Source: Alphaproteobacteria bacterium (GTDB lineage Bacteria > Pseudomonadota > Alphaproteobacteria > GCA-2731375). Taken from it: a stretch of 64,000 nt of DNA. Of this stretch, positions 53,538 through 64,000 are shown piece after piece. Each line of letters opens with the position of its first letter. Position 1 is the stretch's first letter. The stretch spans positions 2,788 to 66,787 of the forward strand of contig JAVKFY010000056.1 in assembly GCA_040223615.1 (NCBI GenBank), in the 5' to 3' direction. Under the pieces are notes generated by a model. It ran no database searches and was not told the DNA's origin. It worked only from the letters and a program-made list of their open reading frames with translations. The position numbers and the translations under genes are program-made.

Positions 53538-54485
53538 ATGCCCGTGATCAAGGCGAAGGCCCTGGCCTGGGGCCGGCTGAGCGCGCCGGACCTGGACGCG
53601 CAGGAGGCGTTCCTGACAGACTTCGGCATGATCCGCGCGGCGCGGACGGCCGACGCGCTGTACATGCGCGGCACCGACGCCGGCACCCACCTGCACGTCA
53701 CCGTGAAGGGCGAGACCAAGGTGGTCGGCGTCGCCTTCCATGCCGACAGCGAAGCCGACCTGGCCAAGCTCGCGCAGCTGCCAGGTGCGTCCGATGTCGA
53801 GGCCATGGACGACTTCGGCGGCGGCAAGCGGGTGCGGCTGACCGACCCGAACGGCTATCAGGTCGAGGTGCTGCACGGCGTCGCCGAGCTGCCGGCGATC
53901 CCGGTGAATCGCGACCCGACAAACTCCGGCGCCGATCCGCTGCGGCGCGCCGGGCGGCTGATGCGCCTGCCGCCCTCGCCGGCGCCGATCAAGCGCATCG
54001 GCCATTGCGTGTTCGGCACGCCGAAGGTGAGCGAGACGGTCGGCTGGTATCGCGAGACGCTCGGACTGCTGCGCTCCGACGACATTCACGACGGGCCGGA
54101 GGACAACGTCGTCGGCGCCTTCAGCCGGCTCGACCGGGGCGACGAGTATGTCGACCACCACGTGCTGTTCTGCGTGCGCAACGAACGCGCCGGGCTGAAC
54201 CACCTGTCGTTCGAGGCGCCGGACATCGACGCGATCATGGCTGATCATGAGTATCTCGCCGGGCTCGGGAAGTACGAGCACATGTGGGGCGTTGGCCGCC
54301 ACCTGCTGGGCAGCCAGGTCTACGACTACTGGGCCGACCCCTACGGTCGCGTGCACGAACGCTGGGCCGACACCGACCGGCTGAACGCGTCGGACGGCGG
54401 CCACCTGCTGACGCCCGAACAGGGATTCCAATCGCAATGGGGCGAGCGGCCGCCGGAGAAGTTCATCGGCCACGTCAGCCCGTAA
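53538..54485 (+). CDS. VOC-superfamily two-domain protein (extradiol-dioxygenase-like)
   Basis: 315 aa from MPVIKA, with a GGGAGGA RBS upstream. It has two glyoxalase-type modules: 'LAWGRLSAPDLDAQEAFLTDFGM' and 'IGHCVFGTPKVSETVGWYRETLGL', plus 'HHVLF...GLNHLSFE'. Confidence 0.72.
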   Translation: MPVIKAKALAWGRLSAPDLDAQEAFLTDFGMIRAARTADALYMRGTDAGTHLHVTVKGETKVVGVAFHADSEADLAKLAQLPGASDVEAMDDFGGGKRVRLTDPNGYQVEVLHGVAELPAIPVNRDPTNSGADPLRRAGRLMRLPPSPAPIKRIGHCVFGTPKVSETVGWYRETLGLLRSDDIHDGPEDNVVGAFSRLDRGDEYVDHHVLFCVRNERAGLNHLSFEAPDIDAIMADHEYLAGLGKYEHMWGVGRHLLGSQVYDYWADPYGRVHERWADTDRLNASDGGHLLTPEQGFQSQWGERPPEKFIGHVSP

Positions 54486-54507
54486 CGACGACGAGAGAGA
54501 GCAAGAC

Positions 54508-55434
54508 ATGAAGCTGCTGTACTTCAACGATTTCCGCCTGGGCGTGCTGACCGATGCCGGGGTGGTCGACGTGACCGCCGCCACCGAGGGCATCCCGCAC
54601 ACCGACCCGGGCGACCTGATGAGCGGGCTGATCGCGCGCTGGGCCGACTATCGCGGCGCGCTGGAAAGCGCCGCCAAGGCCGGGCCGGCGGTGCCGGTCG
54701 ACAGCGTGCGCATCCGCCCGCCGCTGCCGCGACCGGGCAACATCGACTGCATGGCCGTGAACTACATGGAGAACGGCACACTGCCGAAGCCGGCGCCGAT
54801 CAACGCGTTCCAGAAGGCGGCCAACGCGATCATCGGCGACGGCGACACCATGGTGCTGCCCGATGCGCCGGCGACGGTGTTCGAGGGCGAGGCGGAACTG
54901 GGTCTGGTGATCGGCAAGCGCTGCTCCAACGTCTCCGAAGCCGAGGCGATGGACTACGTCTTCGGCTACCTGAACTTCATCGACGGGTCGGCACGCGGCC
55001 TGCCGCCGGCCAGCAACGTGTTCTTCCAGGCCAAGTCGCGCGACACCTTCGCGCCGATCGGGCCCTACCTGGTCACCGCCGACGAGGTACCCAATCCGCA
55101 GAACCTGCACGTGCGGCTGTGGAACAACGGCGAGCTGTTCCAGGACTTCAACACCGACGACATGGCCCACAAGCTCCCGAAACTGATCTCGTGGATCAGC
55201 TCGATCCACACGCTGGAGCCCGGCGACCTGGTCGCCACCGGCACCAATCACCGCGGCCTGAACCCGTTCATGAACGGCGACAAGATCGAGCTGGAGGTGG
55301 AGGGCATGGGCCGCCTGACCGTCAACGTGCGCGACGACCTGAAGCGCGAGTGGAAGCGGGAGACCCGCCAGCAGCGCAAGGAACAGGGGCACGACACCCC
55401 GACGCCGCAGGTCGCCGGCAAGTACGCACAGTAG
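54508..55434 (+). CDS. fumarylacetoacetate hydrolase (FAH) family protein
   Basis: 308 aa. 'FEGEAELGLVIGK', 'GYLNFIDGSAR' and 'LEPGDLVATGT' are FAH-fold motifs. Confidence 0.88.
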   Translation: MKLLYFNDFRLGVLTDAGVVDVTAATEGIPHTDPGDLMSGLIARWADYRGALESAAKAGPAVPVDSVRIRPPLPRPGNIDCMAVNYMENGTLPKPAPINAFQKAANAIIGDGDTMVLPDAPATVFEGEAELGLVIGKRCSNVSEAEAMDYVFGYLNFIDGSARGLPPASNVFFQAKSRDTFAPIGPYLVTADEVPNPQNLHVRLWNNGELFQDFNTDDMAHKLPKLISWISSIHTLEPGDLVATGTNHRGLNPFMNGDKIELEVEGMGRLTVNVRDDLKREWKRETRQQRKEQGHDTPTPQVAGKYAQ

Positions 55435-55545
55435 CTCTGGAAGCTGAACCGGGACCCGTGATCGCGGCCCCCGGTTGGGCGTGCAGCCGGTCAGCCGATC
55501 AGGATGTCGGCACCGCCGTCGTCCGCGGATATCGGGCCGTGCCGT

Positions 55546-55932
55546 CTAGGCCGGCTTGAACACCGGCAGGGCGTGGCCGCCCTCGGTCGGGCGGAACGCG
55601 ACTTCGACCGCCTGGCCGACGGCCAAGCCATCCAGGTCGGCATCGACGATGTTGGTCATCATCGTCACCCCCTCGTCGAGCGTGACGTAGGCGATAGCGT
55701 AGGGGGTCTTGGCGCGGCGCATCACCGAATAGCTGTAGATCGTGCCCTTGCCGCTGGCCTCCAGCCAGTCGACGTCGGTGCTGCCGCAATGCGGACACAG
55801 GCTGCGCGGGTAGAAGTGCGGCTCGCCGCAGGCGTTGCACTTCTTGAGCAGCAGCTTGCCGGCCTTGGTCGCCTCCCAGTAGGGCTCGCTCTCCAGGGTG
55901 ATGGCGGGATCGGGATAGGTGCGCTCGCTCAT
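55546..55932 (-). CDS. DUF35 OB-fold/zinc-ribbon protein (thiolase-associated)
   Basis: 128 aa. Zn-ribbon 'CNACGEPHFYPRSLCPHCGS' is followed by an OB-fold. 4-nt overlap with the thiolase-like gene. Confidence 0.88.
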   Translation of the reverse strand: MSERTYPDPAITLESEPYWEATKAGKLLLKKCNACGEPHFYPRSLCPHCGSTDVDWLEASGKGTIYSYSVMRRAKTPYAIAYVTLDEGVTMMTNIVDADLDGLAVGQAVEVAFRPTEGGHALPVFKPA

Positions 55933-57095
55933 GCGTCGTTACTCCCCAGGATAAGCGTGCCGCTGGCCGAGCGGGTGGAAATCGCGCCGCCGGTGCCGTG
56001 TGCCAGGGCCAGCCGGCAGTCCGGCACCTGCACTTTCGGGTGCGCCTCGCCGCGCAACTGCCGCACCGCCTCGATGACCTTGGTCATGCCGCCGCGGTTC
56101 GAGGGGTGGTTGTTGCACAGGCCGCCGCCGTCGGTGTTGAACGGCAGCTTGCCGACGCCGGAGATCAGGTTGCCGTCGGAGACGAACTTGCCGCCCTCGC
56201 CCTTCGCGCAAAAGCCCAGATCCTCAAGCGTCTCGACCACGGTGATGGTGAAGCTGTCGTAGATCGAGGCGTAGTCCATGTCGGCCGGCGTCAGCCCGGC
56301 CTCGGCGAAGGCGGCGGGGCCGGAGTCGCGCGCGCCGGTGTAGGTCAGGTCGACCTTGCCGCCGTTCAGGTGCTTCAGCGCCTCGCCACGGCCCAGGACC
56401 TTCACGCCGCGGTCGCCCAGTGACGTCGCCACCTCCGGGCTGACCACGACAAGCGCGCCGCCGCCGTCGGAGACCACGCAACAGTCGAGCCGGTGCAGCG
56501 GATCGGCGATCATCGGCGAGTTCACCACGTCCTCGACCGTGACCACGTCGCGCAGCATGGCGTGTTCGTTGTGTTGCGCGTGGTGCGAGGCCGCGACCTT
56601 GACCCAGGCGAGCTGTTCCGAGGTCGTGCCGTACTCGTGCATGTGGCGCATCGCCGCCATGGCATAGAGATTGACCACCGCCGGGCCGTAGGGCAGCTCG
56701 AAGCCGCTCTCCGGCGCGATGTCGCCGAAGCTGCGTGCCGGCAGCGCGGTCTGGCCCTGCGCGCGCGGTCGCCCCGCCAGCGTGATCAGGCAGACCGAGC
56801 AGCGCCCGGCAGCGATCGCATCCTGTGCGTGGTTGACGTGGAACAGGTAGGACGTGCCGCCGACGTCGGTCTGCTCGAATACCTTTGGGCTGAGCCCCAG
56901 ATAGTCGGACAGGCCGCCCATGCCGGGCGAGTCGCCGGCACAGAAATAGCCATCGACGTCGGCCAGGCTCAGCCCGGCGTCGGCCAGCGCGCCGGCCGCC
57001 ACCTCGGCGTGCAACTGCGGCACGGTCTTGTCGACGGCCTTGCGCGTGGGGTGTTCGAACACCCCCGCGATGTAGGCCTTGCTTGGTCGGCTCAT
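55929..57095 (-). CDS. thiolase-like protein, SCP-x/lipid-transfer type (non-canonical thiolase that pairs with DUF35)
   Basis: 388 aa from MSRPSKAY. It has a thiolase-fold N- and C-domain ('NTDGGGLCNNHP', 'HGTGG') but not the classical acetoacetyl-CoA thiolase signature. Confidence 0.82.
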   Translation of the reverse strand: MSRPSKAYIAGVFEHPTRKAVDKTVPQLHAEVAAGALADAGLSLADVDGYFCAGDSPGMGGLSDYLGLSPKVFEQTDVGGTSYLFHVNHAQDAIAAGRCSVCLITLAGRPRAQGQTALPARSFGDIAPESGFELPYGPAVVNLYAMAAMRHMHEYGTTSEQLAWVKVAASHHAQHNEHAMLRDVVTVEDVVNSPMIADPLHRLDCCVVSDGGGALVVVSPEVATSLGDRGVKVLGRGEALKHLNGGKVDLTYTGARDSGPAAFAEAGLTPADMDYASIYDSFTITVVETLEDLGFCAKGEGGKFVSDGNLISGVGKLPFNTDGGGLCNNHPSNRGGMTKVIEAVRQLRGEAHPKVQVPDCRLALAHGTGGAISTRSASGTLILGSNDA

Positions 57096-57115
57096 GCGTT
57101 GCCCTCGATGGTTGG

Positions 57116-57829
57116 TTAGCGGTTGTTGGCCTTGCGCCAGGTGGCGAAGTCGACACGGGTCTGCTCCTGGGTCGCCGGATAGAGGCCGATGATGGAGCGT
57201 CCCTTGCGCACTTCCTCGGTGACGAAATCCTCGAACGCGGTCATTTCCACCGCCTCGTCGGCAACCTCGTCGGCCAGGTGCGCGGGGATCACCACCACGC
57301 CTTCGCCGTCGCCGACGACCACGTCGCCGGGCCACACGGCGACATCGCCGCAACCGACCGGCACGTCGATGTCGATGGCCTGATGCCGGGTGAGGTTGGT
57401 CGGTGCCGAGGGGCGGTTGTGGTAGACGGGGAACGCCAGCGTGGCCAATTCTGGCGCGTCGCGGAAGCCACCGTCGGTGACGATGCCGGCGCAGCCGCGC
57501 ACCATCAGCCGGGTGACCAGGATCGAGCCGGCCGACGCGGCGCGCGCGTCCTTGCGGCTGTCGATCACCATCACCGCGCCGGGCGGACAGCGTTCGATGG
57601 CGTCGCGCTGCGGATGTTTCGGGTCCTGGAACACCGACAGCTCGTTGAGATCCTCGCGCGCCGGGATGTAGCGCAGGGTGAAGGCCTCGCCCACCATCGG
57701 CCCGGCGTCACCCACCGGCCGCACGTCCTGGATGAACTGGTTGCGCAGGCCACGCTTGAACAGCGCGGTGCACAGCGTCGCGGTGGAAACGGTTTTCAGC
57801 TTGGCGCGAGTGGCGTCGGAGAGCGGCAT
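57116..57829 (-). CDS. RraA-family protein, HMG/CHA-aldolase-like
   Basis: 237 aa from MPLSDA, with an AAGGAA RBS upstream. It is a paralogue of 27366..28067, sharing 'STATL', 'L(R/Y)(F/Y)IPAREDL', 'RGCAG(I/V)V(T/C)DG..RD' and 'GD(V/I)VVGDG(E/D)GV(V/T)VIP'. Confidence 0.82.
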   Translation of the reverse strand: MPLSDATRAKLKTVSTATLCTALFKRGLRNQFIQDVRPVGDAGPMVGEAFTLRYIPAREDLNELSVFQDPKHPQRDAIERCPPGAVMVIDSRKDARAASAGSILVTRLMVRGCAGIVTDGGFRDAPELATLAFPVYHNRPSAPTNLTRHQAIDIDVPVGCGDVAVWPGDVVVGDGEGVVVIPAHLADEVADEAVEMTAFEDFVTEEVRKGRSIIGLYPATQEQTRVDFATWRKANNR

Positions 57830-57901
57830 GGCGGTTCCTTGCGTGGGCCCGCCATCTTCGCCGGCCGCGCCCACTCGCCGCAAGGCCGGACACCGGCAGC
57901 G

Positions 57902-58561
57902 CTAGGCAGGTTCCAGGTAAGGCTGCCAGAGGTCGACGCGGACCGTGTCGGCCGCGCCGGCCCGTTCGCCCCACAGGTCGCGGGCGGCGAAGCTCACGGT
58001 ATAGAGGTGCTCGGCGCGGCGTTCACCGACGGCATTGGCGTCGGCGTAGACGTGGCCGCCGTGATGCAGCACCACGGTGCCGACATGGCCGCGCACGTAG
58101 CGCGGATTGCGGGTGTGGCCTTCCGGGTTCATCACCCGGGCCCGGACCCTGTCGCCGACCTTGAAGACCGGCGCGGCGTCGATCGCCATCTCTGTCGGGC
58201 CGCCGCGGGCCATCGCCGCGTCGACCGCGTCACCGCGCAGGATGCGATCCGGGTTCGCCTTCTCCGTCGGCCGACCGGCGGCAAGCTCGGCCGCGCTGAC
58301 GACGCCATGCTCGACCAGCAAGGTCCGCATACCCTCGAGCCATTTCTCGTAGTAGCTCATCGCCAGGTAGTCGGCCGGGTCGATGCGCTCGCGCGCGAAG
58401 CGGCTGGCGTCGAGCGTCCAGCCGCCGATCGCAGCGCTGGCCAGCGTCAGCGCGAAGGCCCGGCGTTCCCAGTCGGCGTGGAACACCGGCTCCTGGCTTT
58501 CCGGCTCCGGGTCGATCGGGCCGAAGCCATGCATGCCGCCCATGTCGTGCGGGCCGTTCAA
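57902..58561 (-). CDS. nthB: nitrile hydratase beta subunit
   Basis: 219 aa if the TTG at 58561 is used. This gives the canonical '[16 protein letters not shown]' N-terminus and a TTGA overlap with the alpha stop. C-terminal '[18 protein letters not shown]' and '[14 protein letters not shown]' match NHase beta. Confidence 0.9.
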   Translation of the reverse strand: MNGPHDMGGMHGFGPIDPEPESQEPVFHADWERRAFALTLASAAIGGWTLDASRFARERIDPADYLAMSYYEKWLEGMRTLLVEHGVVSAAELAAGRPTEKANPDRILRGDAVDAAMARGGPTEMAIDAAPVFKVGDRVRARVMNPEGHTRNPRYVRGHVGTVVLHHGGHVYADANAVGERRAEHLYTVSFAARDLWGERAGAADTVRVDLWQPYLEPA

Positions 58562-59181
58562 GACGCGGCCTCCGGCGCCTTGGCCGGCTCCACGCCGATC
58601 ATCGAGTTGCGGCTGACCAGGTCGGCCAGCCTGTCCTCCGGCCAGCCGTCGGTACCCGGCGGCCGTTCGGGCAGGACGAGGTAGCGCATCTCCGACGTGG
58701 AGTCCCAAACCCGCACCTCGACATCGTCAGGCACGGCAGTGCCGAACTCGGCCAGCACGCCGCGCGGATCGATCACCGCGCGGCTGCGGTACGGCGAGGA
58801 CTTGTACCAGACCGGCGGCAGGCCCAGCACCGGCCACGGGTAGCAGGAGCAGAGCGTGCAGACGACGAGGTTGTGTACCGCCGGCGTGTTCTCGACCACC
58901 ACCATGTGCTCGCCCTGGCGCCCGGTATGGCCAAGTTCGGCAATGGCGGCCGATCCGTCGGCCAGCAGGCGTTCCTTGTAGGCCGGATCGGCCCAGGCCT
59001 TGGCCACCACCTGGGCGCCGTTGCGCGGACCGACCTTGTGCTCGTAGCGCTCGATCAGGGCATCCAGCGCGGCCGGGTCGACCAGGCCCTTGTCGACCAA
59101 CAAGGTCTCCAGCGACTTGACCCGCATCAGCAATTCCGAGGGCGGCTCGTCGTGGTCGTGATCGTGGTGATCGTGCGCCAT
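58558..59181 (-). CDS. nthA: nitrile hydratase alpha subunit, cobalt type
   Basis: 207 aa from MAHDHHDH. The metal-binding motif '[17 protein letters not shown]' (Thr and Tyr variant) indicates the Co-type. 'YRSRAV' and '[16 protein letters not shown]' are conserved. Confidence 0.92.
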   Translation of the reverse strand: MAHDHHDHDHDEPPSELLMRVKSLETLLVDKGLVDPAALDALIERYEHKVGPRNGAQVVAKAWADPAYKERLLADGSAAIAELGHTGRQGEHMVVVENTPAVHNLVVCTLCSCYPWPVLGLPPVWYKSSPYRSRAVIDPRGVLAEFGTAVPDDVEVRVWDSTSEMRYLVLPERPPGTDGWPEDRLADLVSRNSMIGVEPAKAPEAAS

Positions 59182-59313
59182 GGTCGCGGGCTCCACACTG
59201 CCAGAATCCGTGCAGATTAGCGCGACAGGGTTGATCGCGGTCAATGCCCACCTACCGTTACGATGGGAACCATGTCGCGACGACTACGTTGCAGGCTCGA
59301 ATGTGAGGTTCAG

Positions 59314-59847
59314 ATGATCAAGACCATCGTCGTTGCCACCGACGGCTCCGACCATGCCGGCAAGGCGCTCGACCTGGCCAGCGATCTGGCCAGCAAGTAC
59401 GGCGCCCGGCTGGTCGTGCTGCACGTCCTGATGTCGAATGCGCGTTCCGATACGCTGCTGGCGCTGGCGGACCGCGACCGGCTCCCGGACGAGTTGCGCA
59501 ACAAGCTCGACAACTACGAGGCCGATTTCCAGAGCGCGATGATGAGCGCCGGCGGGATGACCGGCTACGTCCCGGCGCCGCCGCCACCGGAGCTTCTGAT
59601 GGCGATCGCCGGGCAGATCCTGGACGACGCCGAGGCCAAGGCCAAGAAGGCGGGGGTGACGGATGTGGTGCGCCAGGCGGTTGGCGGCGATGCGGCCGAC
59701 GCGGTGCTGGCCAGCGCCAAGGACGAGAAGGCCGACATGATCGTGCTCGGCAGCCGTGGTCTGAGCGACTTCAAGGGCCTGCTGCTCGGTTCGGTATCGC
59801 ACAAGGTTTCCAACCAGGCCGAGTGCACCTGCGTTACCGTGAAGTAG
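59314..59847 (+). CDS. universal stress protein (UspA family)
   Basis: 177 aa from MIKTIVVATDGS. The ATP-binding motif context 'IVLGSRGLSDFKGLLLGSVSHKV' is present. Confidence 0.88.
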   Translation: MIKTIVVATDGSDHAGKALDLASDLASKYGARLVVLHVLMSNARSDTLLALADRDRLPDELRNKLDNYEADFQSAMMSAGGMTGYVPAPPPPELLMAIAGQILDDAEAKAKKAGVTDVVRQAVGGDAADAVLASAKDEKADMIVLGSRGLSDFKGLLLGSVSHKVSNQAECTCVTVK

Positions 59848-59853
59848 CCCAAC

Positions 59854-61722
<1,869 letters not shown>

Positions 61723-61837
61723 GCTTCAGGCAAGCGGCCGCAGTGTCGCACCTCGCCGGCTTCTGCGCGAGGGGGAGCGCCAAGTCGTGCCGTCGCCGCC
61801 ACCCACACCCAGCCGGGCGGGTGCCGCGAGGCCGCCT

Positions 61838-62875
61838 TCAGGCCGGCGGCGCGATCAGGAACACCTTGGACGAGTTGAAGATCCAGGTGTCGACGAAACC
61901 GGTGGTGCCGGGCGCACGGTCGAGTTCGTGCAGCGCGCCGACCAAACACATCCAGTTCAACACCTCCTGCTGGCCGGCATCCTCGATCGCCGGGCCGGTG
62001 ACGTCGCGCCAGGCCAGGTAATCCTTCGAGCATAGCCGGTCGTAGAGCCGCCGGTCGGTCGGGGTGTCGGGCCACAACAGGTGGTTCTTCGGCGTCAGGA
62101 AGGCGTGGCTCCAGCCCGACGAGGCCAGGATCGCCACCCGATAGGGCGAGTCGGCCAGGATGCGCGCAGTGGCGGCGCCGAGGTCGAACAGCCGCGCCGG
62201 GGTCGGCGCCGGCGGGTCGAATTCGTCCTCGCGCACAGTCCGGTCGAACACCGGCAGGCCGCCCTTCTGCGCGATCACCTTGCGCCCGTAGCAGTTCACC
62301 GAGAAGGGCAGGATCGGATAGTCGAAGCCCTCGCGGTCATAGTCGAGATAGAAGATTGCGTTGGCGAAGGCGTGGCCGAGCGGGTGATGCAGTGGCTGGT
62401 AGGAGTAAGCCGTGTCGAAGCCAGCTTCGATCAGGCCCTTGGCCAGCATCTTGCCGGCGGCGCGGTTGCCCTGCAGCTCGTAGACCTTGTCCTTCTCGCC
62501 CCACACGTTGTTGGCCGGCGGCGAGAAGCGGAAGCTGTCGTGGGCGTTGATGCAGTAGGGCGGAACGACGTCTTCCTTGAAGTTCTCGTACTGGTCGTCG
62601 CCCCAGATCAGCACGAAGTCCGGGGCGAAGTCGTCCAGCGCGGCGCGCACCTGGCGCATCCAGCCGACCAGTTCCTCGCGGTGGCTGGCGGCGGCCGCGG
62701 TGCCGTCGTCGGCGGCCCACTGCTCGCGCATCGGCGCCGGCCAGTTGGCCGGGTCGCGCAGCTCGGCCGGCAGGTCCGGGTTCTTCAGCATCAGCTTCAG
62801 GATGTAGGCCATGTTCGCATCCGGCCCGACCAGCGGCGGATAGTGCGACAGCCCGAGAGCGAGGATTTCGGCCAT
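61838..62875 (-). CDS. class III extradiol ring-cleavage dioxygenase, LigB family
   Basis: 345 aa from MAEILALG (residue 146 of the track ORF). 'LGLSHYPP', 'DFVLIWGDDQYENF' and 'ILASSGWSHAF' fit the LigB catalytic-subunit pattern. Confidence 0.7.
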   Translation of the reverse strand: MAEILALGLSHYPPLVGPDANMAYILKLMLKNPDLPAELRDPANWPAPMREQWAADDGTAAAASHREELVGWMRQVRAALDDFAPDFVLIWGDDQYENFKEDVVPPYCINAHDSFRFSPPANNVWGEKDKVYELQGNRAAGKMLAKGLIEAGFDTAYSYQPLHHPLGHAFANAIFYLDYDREGFDYPILPFSVNCYGRKVIAQKGGLPVFDRTVREDEFDPPAPTPARLFDLGAATARILADSPYRVAILASSGWSHAFLTPKNHLLWPDTPTDRRLYDRLCSKDYLAWRDVTGPAIEDAGQQEVLNWMCLVGALHELDRAPGTTGFVDTWIFNSSKVFLIAPPA

Positions 62876-62889
62876 GGTTGGCTCCGCCG

Positions 62890-63384
62890 CTATAGGATGA
62901 TCGAGATGCGGCCCTGCGGCTTCAAACCGCTGAGGTCGAGCACGCAGCGCTTCTCGCGGATCTTCAGGCCATTGTCGGTCAGCACCAGTCGGTAGCGATG
63001 CGAGCCGACGAAGGCGTCGGTGACGTCGTCCTTGGACCGGTAGGTGATGAAGGCGGCGGTGACGAACAGGCTGTCGGCCTCGCGCTCGCGGATGCGCACG
63101 TTGGAGACCAGATGGCGGGTCTTGGAACGCGGATATTCCGAATGCGCCATGCGCTTGTTGAGACGGGCCACCCGCGCCTCCAGGCGATAGCGGTCGTCGG
63201 CGATGTAGAACAGGTTGTTGTCGGCCGAGGCGTCCGGCGCCACGTCGGTCGACGGGACGTAGTAGTTCGCGTCTTCGGTGAACAGCGTCAGCCATTCGTC
63301 GAGCCGCCACTCGTCGAGCAGTTCGGCCTCGTAGAACAAGAAATCCTCGACCTCCGGTCGGCCGATCTCGTTCAGCGTGGTCAT
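62890..63384 (-). CDS. aromatic-ring-hydroxylating dioxygenase, small (beta) subunit
   Basis: 164 aa from MTTLNEI. 'VEDFLFYEAELLDEWRLDEWLTLFTEDANYYVP' is the classic RHD-beta (SnoaL-like) N-terminus. Confidence 0.88.
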   Translation of the reverse strand: MTTLNEIGRPEVEDFLFYEAELLDEWRLDEWLTLFTEDANYYVPSTDVAPDASADNNLFYIADDRYRLEARVARLNKRMAHSEYPRSKTRHLVSNVRIREREADSLFVTAAFITYRSKDDVTDAFVGSHRYRLVLTDNGLKIREKRCVLDLSGLKPQGRISIIL

Positions 63385-63385
63385 G

Positions 63386-64000
63386 TCAGGCTCCCGGGCC
63401 GGCAAGCATCTGGTCGTTCCATTTCGACCAGAAGGCACGAATCTGGATCTCGTCGTCGAACGACGGCTCGGCCAGGCCCATGCCCTTGGAGATGTCGTTC
63501 CAGCGCGCTTCCTTCACGTTTTGGAAGCCGCGCTGGCAATGCTCCAGCGCCTCCACATCGTCCGGCGTGGCGAAGCCGCCGGGGCCGAGAAACTCCAGGA
63601 AGTTGAACAGGCGGTATTTCCGCGCCCACTCGCTCTCGTCGGCCGGCGCGATCGCCCAGGCGCAGACCTGCATCAGGTCCGGCTCGGTCGGATAGAAGGT
63701 CCGCACGGTGATCGCCATGACGTCGTTGATGATCAGGTTCGGGAAGATCAGCAGGTTTCGGTTCCGGAAGGCGAGGCGGTCGGCTTTGTTCTCCCCGAAA
63801 CGTTCGACGAGGCGGGCGTGAATGCCCTCGACCTCGCGCTTGCCGTCCTCGCCCCAGGCCGGAATCCACTGCGCCACCGGCCGGCCCCAGGGCGCGGAAT
63901 ATTCCACAACCGCGTGACCATTGCCGAGGTCGCGGCCGACGCCGTTCAGGCCGACCTTGGCCAACGCGCCGGCGGTACCCTTGAGATAGTCGAGGTAGGT
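63386..64000 (-). CDS. aromatic-ring-hydroxylating dioxygenase large (alpha) subunit, C-terminal catalytic domain only (5' end beyond window)
   Basis: The reading frame is open to the window edge. Its stop lies 1 nt before the beta-subunit start. '[23 protein letters not shown]' and '[14 protein letters not shown]' are typical of the RHD alpha catalytic domain. The Rieske domain is not in the window. Confidence 0.82.
   Translation of the reverse strand, partial: TYLDYLKGTAGALAKVGLNGVGRDLGNGHAVVEYSAPWGRPVAQWIPAWGEDGKREVEGIHARLVERFGENKADRLAFRNRNLLIFPNLIINDVMAITVRTFYPTEPDLMQVCAWAIAPADESEWARKYRLFNFLEFLGPGGFATPDDVEALEHCQRGFQNVKEARWNDISKGMGLAEPSFDDEIQIRAFWSKWNDQMLAGPGA

Noticed and set aside
55447-55476. 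Hairpin aaccggg-N16-cccggtt between the convergent FAH and DUF35 genes as an intrinsic terminator
   Set aside because: It has only a 7-bp stem, a large loop and no T-tract on either strand. This is too weak to call.
57083-58684. 533-aa plus-strand ORF across the RraA-like and nthB genes
   Set aside because: It is an antisense shadow ORF with no motifs, and both minus-strand genes are strongly supported.
57902-59181. Nitrile-hydratase-like leader peptide (NHLP RiPP precursor) or thiocyanate hydrolase
   Set aside because: The alpha subunit retains the full metal-binding CTLCSC motif. It is paired with a single full-length beta subunit, whereas SCNase has a split beta. There are no cyclodehydratase, radical-SAM or export genes nearby.

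Overview
Very GC-rich, gene-dense bacterial chromosome segment (third codon positions are almost all G/C). Gene content and intergenic repeat families look alphaproteobacterial. I call 63 protein-coding genes plus one decayed fragment. I see no rRNA, tRNA, CRISPR array, transposase or integrase. CDS ends come from the supplied ORF track. Internal start codons were placed by counting residues back from the ORF ends, because most long track ORFs carry spurious N-terminal extensions or are antisense 'shadow' ORFs typical of high-GC DNA. Non-coding element coordinates were read by eye and may be off by 1-2 nt.

Layout:
- 1-4.6 kb: methyl-cycle operon (methyltransferase fragment, metF, metH).
- 4.7-9.2 kb: class III adenylate cyclase with TPR region, alkyl sulfatase, GST.
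- 9.3-11.5 kb: two ArsR modules. One pairs an ArsR carrying a C-terminal CC-X5-C motif with an ArsP-like CxC permease.
- 11.6-16 kb: acyl-CoA synthetase plus NitT/TauT-type ABC transporter.
- 16-20.5 kb: CoA-transferase and N-carbamoyl-D-amino-acid hydrolase, then 2-hydroxyacid dehydrogenase and aldo/keto reductase.
- 20.5-21 kb: lower-GC DUF4258/DUF2283 toxin-antitoxin-like islet.
- 21-29 kb: small subunit plus amidase, output-less PAS protein, VOC protein, ACS-like ligase, FAH/RraA-like aldolase/PhyH operon.
- 29-35 kb: envelope-flavoured patch (orphan 4-TM protein, YdjM-like hydrolase, orphan PEP-CTERM protein, double GNAT, phosphodiesterase-like/TPR fusion).
- 35-53 kb: catabolic genes, including a five-gene racemase/CMD/dehydrogenase/DAO/M20 operon, two LLM monooxygenases, hydroxyquinol dioxygenase, epoxide hydrolase, a His-tailed MFS transporter, a GMC/deacetylase/SDR cluster, ilvD and msrA.
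- 53.5-64 kb: aromatic/nitrile block (VOC, FAH, DUF35, thiolase-like, second RraA-like aldolase, cobalt-type nitrile hydratase alpha/beta, UspA, FtsH paralogue, LigB-type dioxygenase, Rieske dioxygenase beta and partial alpha).

I found no clearly recognisable defence or mobile system. The candidates most worth follow-up are:
- the activator-less nitrile hydratase operon with its aldolase/thiolase/DUF35 tail
- the five-gene racemase-to-M20 operon
- the orphan membrane protein next to the YdjM-like gene
- the arsR(CCX5C)/ArsP-like pair
- the two hairpin-forming REP-like repeat families
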